A DNA stretch of 64,000 bases. Origin: Sporopachydermia quercuum. Taxonomy: Eukaryota. A program made the translations under genes and the position numbers. The DNA is taken from positions 1,488,001 to 1,552,000 of the forward strand of contig BCGN01000001.1 of assembly GCA_001599295.1 (NCBI GenBank), read 5' to 3'. Shown one piece after another: positions 24,558-35,346 of the stretch (the first letter of the stretch is position 1; each line of letters opens with the position of its first letter). The notes under the pieces are model-generated. The model had not been told where the DNA came from. It ran no database searches and was given only the letters and a program-made list of their open reading frames with translations.

Positions 24558-26138
24558 TTACATTCCAACTTTCTGAAAGGCAAACGCCTTATAGAACTTA
24601 CTCGCTTCTGCTTCATCTCCTTGTAATCCATATGACCCATCATCTCTCTTCATACCTTCAACAAGACTGTGAGGCAGCTTATGATACCAATCTCCAATTT
24701 CCTCTTGAAACAGTTCAACAAATCCTGATTCATATTTCAGTTCCAATTCATATTCTAATGCTAATTCTCTCAATACTTCAAATGGAACCAAATATTCAGG
24801 TACATTATCAACAGCATCTGTCAAATAAAACGTATACATATTACCAAAAGGGCTTTCAAATTCACCATTTGGTGGTAATTCCTTGTCAAATTTGACTGAA
24901 TAAACTGAATTTCCCCAGCCTAATTCGCCAGGTTGCAATTTTCTTATTTGTGATTGGATAAATTCACTACTTGGAATAGTGCCAATGAAATATCCTCCCT
25001 TTCGTAAAGACGTTGAAACATTTTCTAACAACTGTCTGATTTTCTTCTCTGATTCAAATGCATAATGTAAACAAAACTGCATAGAAACCAGATCAAAAGG
25101 CACTGGATAATTCAGTCCTTCTAATACTTTCTGAATAGGTTCACCAAAAGCGTCACCAACAACGAAAAGGCTTTCGAATTTTTGCCGACGAATAGATCTA
25201 TATCTTCTAATAGCTTCAGAGATACTGTTATCCGAAATATCAATACCCACGTAAAATCCAATCTGTGCCATCAGCCACTTGAACAAATCACCACCTTTCC
25301 CACAGCCAAGGTCTAGAGCTACTTGATCGGGTTTAGCAAAGTTACCGATTAACATATACTTGATAGCATTATTGAAATTTCTCATTCTAATAATGGGAGA
25401 GCTTTTTCTTTGCTCTTTCTTTGAAATGGAGGTTCTTGCGTTGTAAAACTCTCTAACAATGTTGTTGATACCAATCTCGTTAACATGCTCCCTCTTACGG
25501 AATTCTAATGCAGTTCTGTTGATTTTCTGTTGATATTCTTCATCTTTACGACGCATTTCTTCAGCTTTCTTTAATTGTTCTTGCACATTGCCTCTTCTTT
25601 TTGGTTTCTTCAATGGTCTACTGCTTCGTTCACTGGAGCCAATGATTCTTGTTTGAATCAGTGGGGGATTTGAACGAGGTTCTGCCGGAACATCACGGAC
25701 TCTTCTTTTCTCCTGAAGAGATTTTGGTCCTGTTGGGATTGATGCTGCTATCTGATTGCCTCTGCTGCTATTGCTATTATCAGTATCACTATCATCACCT
25801 CTTAAAGATCCTGTGCTTCTTTTGATAGTTGGTGGGTCATTCGATACTCTTTTATGGAACTTTTTCTTTCTTCTTACTATATCTTCATCACTATCATTGT
25901 CTCTAGAAGAGTCTTTAGAATGATTCTCCATAGAAATCTCTGTTTCTTGCGGCTTTTTATCTGGCGATGAATTACTGCTAACGCTTGTTGGTTCACCCTC
26001 TTTCTCAGCTGTGTTCTTTTTTTCGTTTCCTGGTATTACTTTCTTGTTTTTTACGTCCAACGAATTAGCAGGTAGAGCTGGTACTGCTTCCGAAGGTGGA
26101 GAAGGTGATGGCTTTGTAGCCCATGGAACACTGCTCAT
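24558..26138 (-). CDS. ABD1: mRNA cap guanine-N7 methyltransferase (~526 aa)
   Basis: RNFNNAIKYMLI, LDLGCGKGGDL.KW, SMQFCLHYAFESE and VPEYLVPF. The first ATG is at 26138 (the ORF track starts at an upstream TTG). Confidence 0.95.
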   Translation of the reverse strand: MSSVPWATKPSPSPPSEAVPALPANSLDVKNKKVIPGNEKKNTAEKEGEPTSVSSNSSPDKKPQETEISMENHSKDSSRDNDSDEDIVRRKKKFHKRVSNDPPTIKRSTGSLRGDDSDTDNSNSSRGNQIAASIPTGPKSLQEKRRVRDVPAEPRSNPPLIQTRIIGSSERSSRPLKKPKRRGNVQEQLKKAEEMRRKDEEYQQKINRTALEFRKREHVNEIGINNIVREFYNARTSISKKEQRKSSPIIRMRNFNNAIKYMLIGNFAKPDQVALDLGCGKGGDLFKWLMAQIGFYVGIDISDNSISEAIRRYRSIRRQKFESLFVVGDAFGEPIQKVLEGLNYPVPFDLVSMQFCLHYAFESEKKIRQLLENVSTSLRKGGYFIGTIPSSEFIQSQIRKLQPGELGWGNSVYSVKFDKELPPNGEFESPFGNMYTFYLTDAVDNVPEYLVPFEVLRELALEYELELKYESGFVELFQEEIGDWYHKLPHSLVEGMKRDDGSYGLQGDEAEASKFYKAFAFQKVGM

Positions 26139-26804
26139 GATGCGTACGGTCAAAATGGGTCAAAAAAACTCGCTGAGCCTGGGACCCCTGTATATGATTC
26201 CACTAGGCAGTCAAGGTGTAAGAAAAGCAAAATTTAAGTAGTATTAATCGAAGGATTAAAGTGCCATATCGCAGGAAGAGTTTTTTGCAGAGTGAAGAGT
26301 AAGCGAAATGATAATAATAATTATGTGAGAAGACGTTATGTTAGGGTATTTGGGTTGTGTCTCATTTAAGGGTATCAGTATGTTTATTGGGGTACCTTGA
26401 ATATCAATCAGATTACATAATTATTAATCAAATTTAAATAGACAGATTATCAGAATAATTCCTACCTAATTTTAGATTACGTAATAAACAATGGTCACGT
26501 CGGCACATCTTAAATCTGGGGTTTGTGGAAATCTCAGAACATGGGGGATGGGACATTCGAACCATCTCTCTTTTTCTCTCTTCACGATTGATTAACAATT
26601 GGTAGTAGAAATAATGCCTACAGACACCCCAACTTCTTAGTGTTGTAATAAATATAAATAATAAATAATTCATTTGATGACAAACCGTCATTTGGTTAGC
26701 ATTATGTCGAATAATCCTAACTCAAAGTAATCGATAAGCTATCTATCAACATACTCCACTATGACATAACATAACATATACAGCTGGGATCAAAACCTTC
26801 AAAT

Positions 26805-28301
26805 TTAATCAGAAGGACCAATCATCTTTTCAGGTCTAACCCATTCATTGAATTCTTCTTCATTGAGAACACCTAATTCAAGAGCGGAAGCCTTCAAAGT
26901 AATACCCTTCTTGTGAGCGTTCTTAGCAACCTTGGAAGCGGCATCGTAACCGATCTTGGGGTTAAGAGCAGTAACAAGCATAAGAGATTCATGCAATAAT
27001 TGAGAGATTCTCTTTTCGTTAGCCTTAATACCGTCAACGCAATGTACTCTGAAAGAATCACAACCATCAGCAATAAGTCTGATAGATGAAAGAACGTTAG
27101 AAGCAATAACTGGCTTGAACACGTTTAATTCAAATTGACCAGAAGCACCAGCGAAAGTGACAGCAGCGTGGTTACCAAAGACTTGAGTGCATAACATAGT
27201 GACAGCTTCGTTTTGAGTAGGATTGACCTTACCGGGCATAATGGAAGAACCAGGTTCGTTTTCGGGTAATGCAAGTTCACCGTAACCACATCTAGGGCCG
27301 GAACCAAGATATCTGATATCATTGGCGATCTTGTATAAAGAAACCGCAATAGTGTTTAAAGCACCAGAGGCTTCAACCATAGCATCGTGAGCAGCCAATG
27401 CTTCAAATTTGTTAGGAGCAGTATAAAATTGTTCACCAGTAAGTTCAGTTACGGTATCAGCAATCTTCTTGTCGAAACCCTTCTTGGTATTCAAACCAGT
27501 ACCGACAGCAGTACCACCTTGAGCAAGATTTCTCAAATGAGGTAAAGTNTTTTCGATTCTTTCAATTCCAAACTTCAATTGTTGGACATAGCCTGAGAAT
27601 TCTTGTCCTAAAGTCAAAGGAGTAGCATCTTGAAGATGGGTTCTACCAATCTTAATGATGTGTTCAAATTCCTTTGACTTAGCTTCCAAAGAGTCCTTGA
27701 GAGCAGTCAAAGAAGGAATCAATTTTTCAGTGATTTCTAAAACAGTAGCAATGTGCATAACAGTTGGGAAAGTATCATTGGAGGATTGAGACATGTTAAC
27801 GTGATCATTAGGATGAACAGGAGTCTTGGAACCTCTTTCACCACCTAAGATTTCAATTGCTCTATTCGAAATGACTTCATTGGCATTCATGTTAGATTGA
27901 GTTCCAGAACCAGTTTGGAAAACGACCAAAGGGAAATTTCCTTCTAATTTACCGTCAATGACTTCTTGAGCGGCTTGTTGAATTGCCTCACCAATCTTAG
28001 GATCTAATGAGTAAGTCATATTGACAGTTGCAGCAGCCTTCTTGAGAATACCGAAAGCTTTGATAATTGGTTCAGGCATTCTTTCTCTTGCACCACCAAT
28101 CTTGAAATTTTGGTATGATCTTTGAGTTTGAGCACCCCAGTACTTATCAGATGGGACCTCAATTGGTCCGAAAGCATCGGTTTCAGTTCGATGGCCTTCC
28201 ATATTGACAGCTGACAAAGTGAATGATCTAACAACTGTAGATGATAATCTGGTAGATGTACCAGCAACTCTGGAAACGGCTCTTAATCTGGCAGCTAACA
28301 T
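26805..28301 (-). CDS. FUM1: Class II fumarate hydratase with mitochondrial presequence (498 aa; second in-frame ATG at 28202)
   Basis: [13 protein letters not shown] signature, [10 protein letters not shown] and [11 protein letters not shown]. The Arg-rich, acid-free N-terminus runs from ATG 28301. Confidence 0.97.
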   Translation of the reverse strand: MLAARLRAVSRVAGTSTRLSSTVVRSFTLSAVNMEGHRTETDAFGPIEVPSDKYWGAQTQRSYQNFKIGGARERMPEPIIKAFGILKKAAATVNMTYSLDPKIGEAIQQAAQEVIDGKLEGNFPLVVFQTGSGTQSNMNANEVISNRAIEILGGERGSKTPVHPNDHVNMSQSSNDTFPTVMHIATVLEITEKLIPSLTALKDSLEAKSKEFEHIIKIGRTHLQDATPLTLGQEFSGYVQQLKFGIERIEXTLPHLRNLAQGGTAVGTGLNTKKGFDKKIADTVTELTGEQFYTAPNKFEALAAHDAMVEASGALNTIAVSLYKIANDIRYLGSGPRCGYGELALPENEPGSSIMPGKVNPTQNEAVTMLCTQVFGNHAAVTFAGASGQFELNVFKPVIASNVLSSIRLIADGCDSFRVHCVDGIKANEKRISQLLHESLMLVTALNPKIGYDAASKVAKNAHKKGITLKASALELGVLNEEEFNEWVRPEKMIGPSD

Positions 28302-30764
28302 TTTGATCAAAATTAATTGTAGTTAGTATCTATATCTATGTGTATAGTAAATCTATGACGAAGATCTGGTCAATCTTTATCCGAATGATCCGATAATTCA
28401 GTTGAAAGCTTTCAAAAATGATGATAGGATAGCAATTGAAATATCTAATGATGTTTCAAAAAACTAATCATGAACAATAACAATTGTATCTCAGTTTAAC
28501 AATTGACCTTGCACAAGGGAGAAAAAATGAGTGACTGAGTAAGAGTTAAGAACATCTGGAAAAAAAAGGGGAATCAATACTGGATGGAAGGAGCTGATCT
28601 AATAGTAATTTGTAAGTTATTCGTCGGAACGCTAATGTTCCAAAATTTCATATCCCGACATACATAAGTCATGACATTGTCCAGAACTGAGAGTGATTTT
28701 ATCTTACTTGATTTTGNGTCCAGGTANTGANAAGTACCTAGAGATTCTCAACAAAGCGGTCTAGAGTACATGGTGGATTGTGAGAATTTTCTGCGATGTG
28801 ATGAGCANATATGTGATAGAGCGTTTAACATATTGGCATTCAACCGAACAGATAAGTGAAATCAGTCAAATCAAATCATCCACTTAATACTAGAATATCG
28901 CGTAGATTAAACATACCTATGAATAAAGCTGATTGGAAACAAATGTGTTTATTTGATGTTTTAGATTTGGATTATTCAAAATATTGTTATTTTTATTCAT
29001 ATTATTGAGTAGCGAATTAATGAATGAAAACAAACAATGGTTTATTGGTTGGTTGGTTTATAATAAATAGTTTTGAGATATCCATTTCAGTTACCAGCAA
29101 CAGGTGAGGGTTAATGATGACCCAAGCAGNTACTGAAGAAACTGAATTTAAGGTTAGTATGTAAAAAAAAAAATGGGAAACGCATACCTAAGTTACTTCC
29201 AGTATAATAATCACAGTATAAACATCTTGCTAAAATGTAACCTTATGCAGGTTTATGTATGTTGGGTGAGTTGTCTGAAGTATTCACTGTACCATTCATC
29301 TATTTATTATATAATGAATAGATGAATGAAGTAAATGGATGACTTATTATTATTAGTTCAAATGATTGATCGCAACAATTACTGCGACTGATTTATGGTG
29401 TCGCTGTAAATGAATCAATATAGAGTTTGGTAGTTAGTACACAATACAACGTCTCCTATTAATTTGGGTTGGTGCTTGATGATCATCATCATACTAGAAT
29501 AAAAAACAGATTACCGGTGAAGAAGTAAAATAGGTCTTAAATATGTTAGCACTAATATTGTCTAAGGATAGATGAGTTATAAGTCTTANTANATGATTCG
29601 AATTTTTGCAAATATGCATGGCTGGACAAGGAAGAGCTTGTCTAACAAAATCCTATGAGTTTGATAACCGATCATAGAAGGTTAATGAGTGTTTGGTTTA
29701 CTTAGAAGAAACATTGATTTCTCCATAGGATGGCCATTGCAGAAACAATAATATAATCCATGGTAGATACCAACTACCTTGTTAGTAACAATGAATAATC
29801 ATCAGCTTCTCTCGAAGTNCTCTTTCCCATTAAGGCTGGTGCCCGATGGTACTTTTAATAGGTAAGCATGGAGACAATGAGAACAGACAATGGAGTTGTT
29901 TTACAAATATCTGTTTCCCAATGATGAATGGGAAGCTTGTACAGATAAAACTGTTTATTAGCAGGTAACAATGTTTATTGACAGATACTTTCTCCTATTC
30001 ACTGATGANTTTAGTTGTTCCACCGAGACATATGAACCTTTCTTAGAAGACTCCACTTTATTCGGGAAATGAGTTCCCAGGGTGGTTCTAGAAGTATGTT
30101 CTTTGCTTTGAGGGTTTTTTAGAGTCAGACAATGTAGGGACGCTCTTTTTGCCTACTCCCGGACAAAATGTGGGACCTCAAGACATGTATGATACTGTCC
30201 CAGTGTTCAGTGCTGTGTTCTATCAGGTTCTGTGTTGCACCACAGCAATAATTAATAACCACCAACTGTCAAATGATCCATTCTCAAACTCACTTATTTC
30301 ATCTTTTCTTNGCTATTTCTATTTAGTACCTTACTAAGTTTTAGCTATAGTTGTTTGATTCATAACATAAATAAATCAGGTACGTATCTTTCATTATTCA
30401 GTCTGACAAATATTCAATACCCCACAGAGAACGCTCCAGGATCTTAACGACCATGACATGGAATTTTTCGGATTAGAATACCTTAAATTATCTGCTTGTC
30501 ATCCCAATTTTCCCCGTACAGTTAGGAGAATTAAAGCATGTGACCAAAGAATCTTCAGAACCATCCTCAGCGTTTCCTCTTTTTTACTATTTAACATCAA
30601 GTCTCGTCCCATTCTTCTGATATGTGAAACATTTTCAAAAGTTCTCTGTTTCGAGGATAACATTGTGTTTATTACATTATATCTAAATTTATATTTACTG
30701 TTANCAAATTATCTATACTCAGCTGTAATACTCCCACTTTGTGGAACATTTATACTATTCAAGA

Positions 30765-33700
30765 ATGCGCAACTCCTATCGGGGCAGACAAAAAAGCAGT
30801 GAAAGATCCTCTGATCTTGAACAAGATCGAAGGCGGTATTATGGGAAGGATAACTATAGAGACAGAGACAGAGATCGAGATCGAAATGATAAATGGAGAA
30901 GAGATAACCATGATGATAAATATATAAGCTTTCACCGAAGTCATGAGCCTGATTCAAAGTATGATCGTGCTCGTAAAACCAGAGATGATCAACCGAAAAG
31001 GTATGACAATTATAATGATTATGATGACCATTATTCTGAAAACAGATTAACTCCAATACCTCCTCCTGCTAAAAGAATCAAATCTGACATTAATTCTCCA
31101 AATCATCTAAATGATTCATCTAGCAACATCGATTCGATAGGTATCAATAACTTAAATCCTGCTATAGATTCTACTATCACTAGTATATCAACTGATAACA
31201 ACACAGCCGGTAGTGTATATGACAGTGCCAGGAAGCCGAATGAAAAGCAAGAAACAGTAGCAGAAAGTGAAAAAAAAAGGCTGCGGAGACTTAAACTCGA
31301 GCAGTGGAAAAAGAAGAAAGCTGAAGAGAAAAGTCGCAGCAGTGAAGTGAGTGGAACTCCATCGCCAACATCACTGCCACCCCCACCGTTAAACAAAGCA
31401 CATCAACAGTCACTTAGCCNGAAAGAAAATGTTATCACTAGTAAGAATAGCATTGATAACATCATCGACAATAGCATCAATAGCAAGGACACTTCAAATT
31501 CACGGAAAAAGAAGTCAGGTTTTGGTTTTTCTTTGAGNAAAGCAAATATTGACAAAAGCTCAAAAACATCGTTGAATGGCTCATCAAATATCAAACTTAA
31601 AAAATCATCGGTGTTTGATATACCAGCGCATAATAATGAGAATCAAACTACCAATAACAGCATATCAGAACTTTCAAATCGCTCAAAACCCTTAGAAAGA
31701 GATGCAAAAAATAATGGGAATGTTTTCAATCATGATCGTAACAAACCATCTAGTGATAATCCNGTCGACATTTCAACTGTTGATGCCACGGAAGACCCTG
31801 ATATTGATCCTTTAGATGCATTCATGTCGACAATAAAAAGCAGTATCGCCAGCAATAACTTTAAAGGAACGGAGGATCTATTAGAAGAAGAAGACGGCTC
31901 GGCCGAATATGAAGCCAAACCCGAGTATAACGAGAAGGATGATCCAGCAGCAATTCTTGCTCGGTTGGAACAGAAGAAAAGGAAGGACATACCAGTTGTT
32001 GATCATAGTAAAATACCTTATGAACCTTTCAGAAAAGACTTCTACGTTGAACCTGACGACCTGTTCTCTCTAACAGAGAAGGAAGTAGATATGCTAAGAT
32101 TACAACTGGATGGTATAAAGATTCGTGGTGTCAATTGTCCAAAACCTCTTCTCAAATGGTCTCAGCTGGGTTTGCCTGGTCAAACAATGTCTGTTTTGAG
32201 CAATACTTTACAATTCGACATTCCATCACCTATTCAAGCTCAAGCTATCCCAGCTATTATGTCGGGTAGGGATTTGATTGGTGTTGCTAAAACTGGTAGC
32301 GGTAAAACATTAGCTTTTCTTTTACCAATGTTCAGACAAATCAAGGACCAACGAGAATTAGCAAAACATGAGGGACCTATTGCTTTGATTCTTACGCCAA
32401 CAAGAGAACTAGCATCTCAAATTCATAGAGACTGTAAACCGTTTCTAAAAGCATTGAATTTAAGAGCAGTCTGTGCTTATGGAGGAGCCCCAATCAAAGA
32501 TCAAATTGCTGATTTGAAAAGAGGAGCTGAAATAGTTGTCTGCACTCCCGGTAGAATGATTGATTTACTTGCCGCTAACTCTGGAAGAGTAACGAATCTT
32601 ACTAGGGTTACTTACTTAGTACTAGATGAAGCAGACAGATTATTTGATATGGGATTTGAGCCTCAAGTGATGAAGATCATAAGAAATATTAGACCCGATA
32701 GACAAACTGTGCTTTTCTCTGCTACCTTCCCTGGTAAAATGGAAACGTTAGCAAAGAGAATTCTCACCAAACCAGTTGAAGTGATTGTGGGTGCTCGTGG
32801 TGTTGTAGCCAAAGAAATCAATCAGATAGTAGAAATAGTAGAAGAGAAGGACAAATTCAGAAAACTGCTAGAACTGCTTGGCAGAATTTATAACGAAAAT
32901 AGAAATGCCCGCGTTCTAATTTTTGTTGACCGTCAACAAGGAGCTGACAACCTGTTAAAAGAACTGATGGTCAATGGTTATATATGTTTATCCATTCATG
33001 GTGCGAAAGATCAGATGGATAGAGATGCAGCTATTGCTGATTTCAAGAGAGGCGACGTACCTATTCTAGTAGCTACCTCTGTTGCTGCTAGAGGTTTAGA
33101 TGTTAAACAGCTTACTTGGGTTATTAATTATGATGCTCCAAGCCATTTGGAAGATTATGTTCATAGAGCTGGTCGCACAGGTAGAGCAGGTAATTCAGGA
33201 ACTGCTGTAACATATATTAAGCCTGATCAAGAGAGAAGTGCGTTTGATATAGCAAAAGCTATGAGACTCAGTGGAGTTGAGATTCCTGAGCCTTTAAAGA
33301 GAATCGCTGATGAATTCCAGCAGAAAATCAAAGCTGGAAAGGAAAAGCTACACTCCGGTTTTGGTGGTAAAGGCCTTGATAAGTTGGATGAAGACAGGAA
33401 GCGGTCGCAACAGGAAGAACGATCTAAATACTCCGAAGATGGGTCTAAAGTTCAAACACAGAGCTTGGAGAAATCTAATGATGGCTCGAAATCTGATCCC
33501 CAAAACGTCGATTCAAGTAGTTCCAATGGCTCAGCTTCAAACTATGAAACTGTCCTAGAACTGGTTAGAAGTAAGATCAAAATGAGTTCAGATATCGTTG
33601 AAGGAGCTGCACCGGAAAACAGAGGACCTGATCAGAGCTATTACCACGCCAATTTTGAAATCAATGATCTACCCCAGAAAGCAAGATGGAGTGCTACAAG

Positions 33701-33953
33701 TAATGCTACTCATAAGAAGCTTGTGGAGGAAAGTGGTTCATCTATTACTATCAAAGGACANTATGTTCCCCCAGATAAGAAGAGTAGTCAATTGCCAGTA
33801 GATGAGAAAGAAAAACTGCATTTGCTTATTGAAGGGCCTACTAAATTGGCTGTTTCAATGGCTGTTAATCAATTACGTGATATTGTTGTCGAAAGTCTTA
33901 TTCAAAGTGCTGTTAGTGAAGCAAGAGCTCCTCAAGGTAGATATACCATTTAA
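30765..33953 (+). CDS. PRP5: DEAD-box splicing helicase Prp5/DDX46 (~1062 aa)
   Basis: RD/RS-rich N-terminus, DPLDAFM motif, [25 protein letters not shown] and a C-terminal KH-like [11 protein letters not shown]. The first ATG is at 30765. Confidence 0.95.
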   Translation: MRNSYRGRQKSSERSSDLEQDRRRYYGKDNYRDRDRDRDRNDKWRRDNHDDKYISFHRSHEPDSKYDRARKTRDDQPKRYDNYNDYDDHYSENRLTPIPPPAKRIKSDINSPNHLNDSSSNIDSIGINNLNPAIDSTITSISTDNNTAGSVYDSARKPNEKQETVAESEKKRLRRLKLEQWKKKKAEEKSRSSEVSGTPSPTSLPPPPLNKAHQQSLSXKENVITSKNSIDNIIDNSINSKDTSNSRKKKSGFGFSLXKANIDKSSKTSLNGSSNIKLKKSSVFDIPAHNNENQTTNNSISELSNRSKPLERDAKNNGNVFNHDRNKPSSDNXVDISTVDATEDPDIDPLDAFMSTIKSSIASNNFKGTEDLLEEEDGSAEYEAKPEYNEKDDPAAILARLEQKKRKDIPVVDHSKIPYEPFRKDFYVEPDDLFSLTEKEVDMLRLQLDGIKIRGVNCPKPLLKWSQLGLPGQTMSVLSNTLQFDIPSPIQAQAIPAIMSGRDLIGVAKTGSGKTLAFLLPMFRQIKDQRELAKHEGPIALILTPTRELASQIHRDCKPFLKALNLRAVCAYGGAPIKDQIADLKRGAEIVVCTPGRMIDLLAANSGRVTNLTRVTYLVLDEADRLFDMGFEPQVMKIIRNIRPDRQTVLFSATFPGKMETLAKRILTKPVEVIVGARGVVAKEINQIVEIVEEKDKFRKLLELLGRIYNENRNARVLIFVDRQQGADNLLKELMVNGYICLSIHGAKDQMDRDAAIADFKRGDVPILVATSVAARGLDVKQLTWVINYDAPSHLEDYVHRAGRTGRAGNSGTAVTYIKPDQERSAFDIAKAMRLSGVEIPEPLKRIADEFQQKIKAGKEKLHSGFGGKGLDKLDEDRKRSQQEERSKYSEDGSKVQTQSLEKSNDGSKSDPQNVDSSSSNGSASNYETVLELVRSKIKMSSDIVEGAAPENRGPDQSYYHANFEINDLPQKARWSATSNATHKKLVEESGSSITIKGXYVPPDKKSSQLPVDEKEKLHLLIEGPTKLAVSMAVNQLRDIVVESLIQSAVSEARAPQGRYTI

Positions 33954-34236
33954 GAAGTTCATCTATTCCTTTCATCACAAGCAAGAAAATACCTGTTTGC
34001 TACAAGATGGCTTCCCATAGTTATTATGTATTTATACTTAATATATCGTCTACGAAATGAACTCCACGCATCATAAAGCATTCTTATCTTTTACNTCTTC
34101 TCTTTTTTCGCTGCACAATCTAATCAATTAACCCTTATCGTTATCATATTTCCTTCAATTGCTTTTCATAAGCTGTATTTTACATCACTTCCCAAATATT
34201 CATCTATCTGCTTCAAATCATCAAGATTTTGTAAGT

Positions 34237-34720
34237 CTAATCGAAGACTAATTGATCATTCTTTGATGACAGATTGTTCTGGGCTGCTTCTGCCAAGTGC
34301 TTCTGGGTACTTTTCTTTCGTTCCTGTTCTAGCTGAGCTCCTAATTTCCCTGTAGGTTTTTTACCTTCCAGTCTTTTCTACATTTATTTGTTAGTTTTCT
34401 CTCTTTCAGCTCCCAGAATAAAAGAACCAAGTATAATTCGTTTCTGTGTGAATGGTTTTATGTTCTATGTGCATCAAATCACTTAAAGCACTTACCTCTG
34501 CTGCTAATGCTGCTGCTGTTTTCGCATCAGCTTGTGTCTCCTCGGTACCTAGTTGACGGCCTGGGTCATTCACTTTCGCTTTCTTGTCTATCACTATTGG
34601 TCTAGTTGCATCTGTAATTGTTTTACTGGAAGTCTTCGCCTGACTGTTTGTTGCCCCACTTGTTCTAGTACCAACAGGTTTACCTGTTGATTGAGTTGGT
34701 TTAGCAAAACAATTACCCAT
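34237..34720 (-). CDS. Small N-terminally acylated protein, YGL108C-like, 2 exons (34720-34496, 34377-34237; 121 aa)
   Basis: Intron GTAAGT(34495)..AACTAAC..TAG(34378) gives MGNCFAK...AALAAE|KRLEGKKPTGKLGAQLEQERKKSTQKHLAEAAQNNLSSKNDQLVFD*. This matches the AAxLAAEKR..GxLG..L..LxYD pattern recalled for S. cerevisiae YGL108C. Confidence 0.8.
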
Positions 34721-35150
34721 ATTTCTTGAACATTATTTTCTTTCTCCTTGTCGAATTCATCAGCAAGGTAATTTGATAGTATGATTATTACTCAGGAAGA
34801 CCTTTATTTACATTGTTTCTGTAGCTGTTGGTTGATTGATTGATTGATCGATTGATATAATGAAATCTGGGTGTTCATTAGNTTGATAACAGTGGAGATT
34901 AGGATTGGGGNTACATGCATAGAGATGCATAATGGCCGTAAACCTTACCCAGGTCATTTGGCAATACAAGTGATATAAAGGAAAGATAAGATGATTATTT
35001 CTTTTTATTTATATAGTCAAAAATAGTTGGGATACTATTAAGAGAGTTAGATTTCGTTTCTACTATTTATTTTTTCTAATATCCTAATCAACAAATATTT
35101 ACATTTCCTGTGTTGAATTCATTCATCCGTGATTACATTGTTAATATGGT

Positions 35151-35169
35151 CATGTGATTTACACGTGAC
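35151..35169 (-). promoter_or_regulatory. Two adjacent Cbf1-type sites (RTCACRTG)
   Basis: Minus strand GTCACGTG (35169-35162) and ATCACATG (35158-35151), about 430 bp upstream of the YGL108C-like ATG. Single ATCACGTG sites also occur at 19751 and 39782. Confidence 0.4.
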
Positions 35170-35346
35170 TTTATGGCCGGTTCGCATGTAACACATATAT
35201 ATGCAGCTAGCTGCATATATGTTTAAACTCTAAATGGAACAACTACAGCACAGCTATAACTACTCAATACTCATAGATACTCACTATAAATAACTCATAG
35301 GTTTAATTAAACTATGTATTCATGGATGAACAGGATATCACGCTTT

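Noticed and set aside
30015..30025. Minus strand TCGGTGGAACA resembling RNase P RNA
   Set aside because: The preceding conserved GGAAA of P4 and the 3' conserved region are absent.
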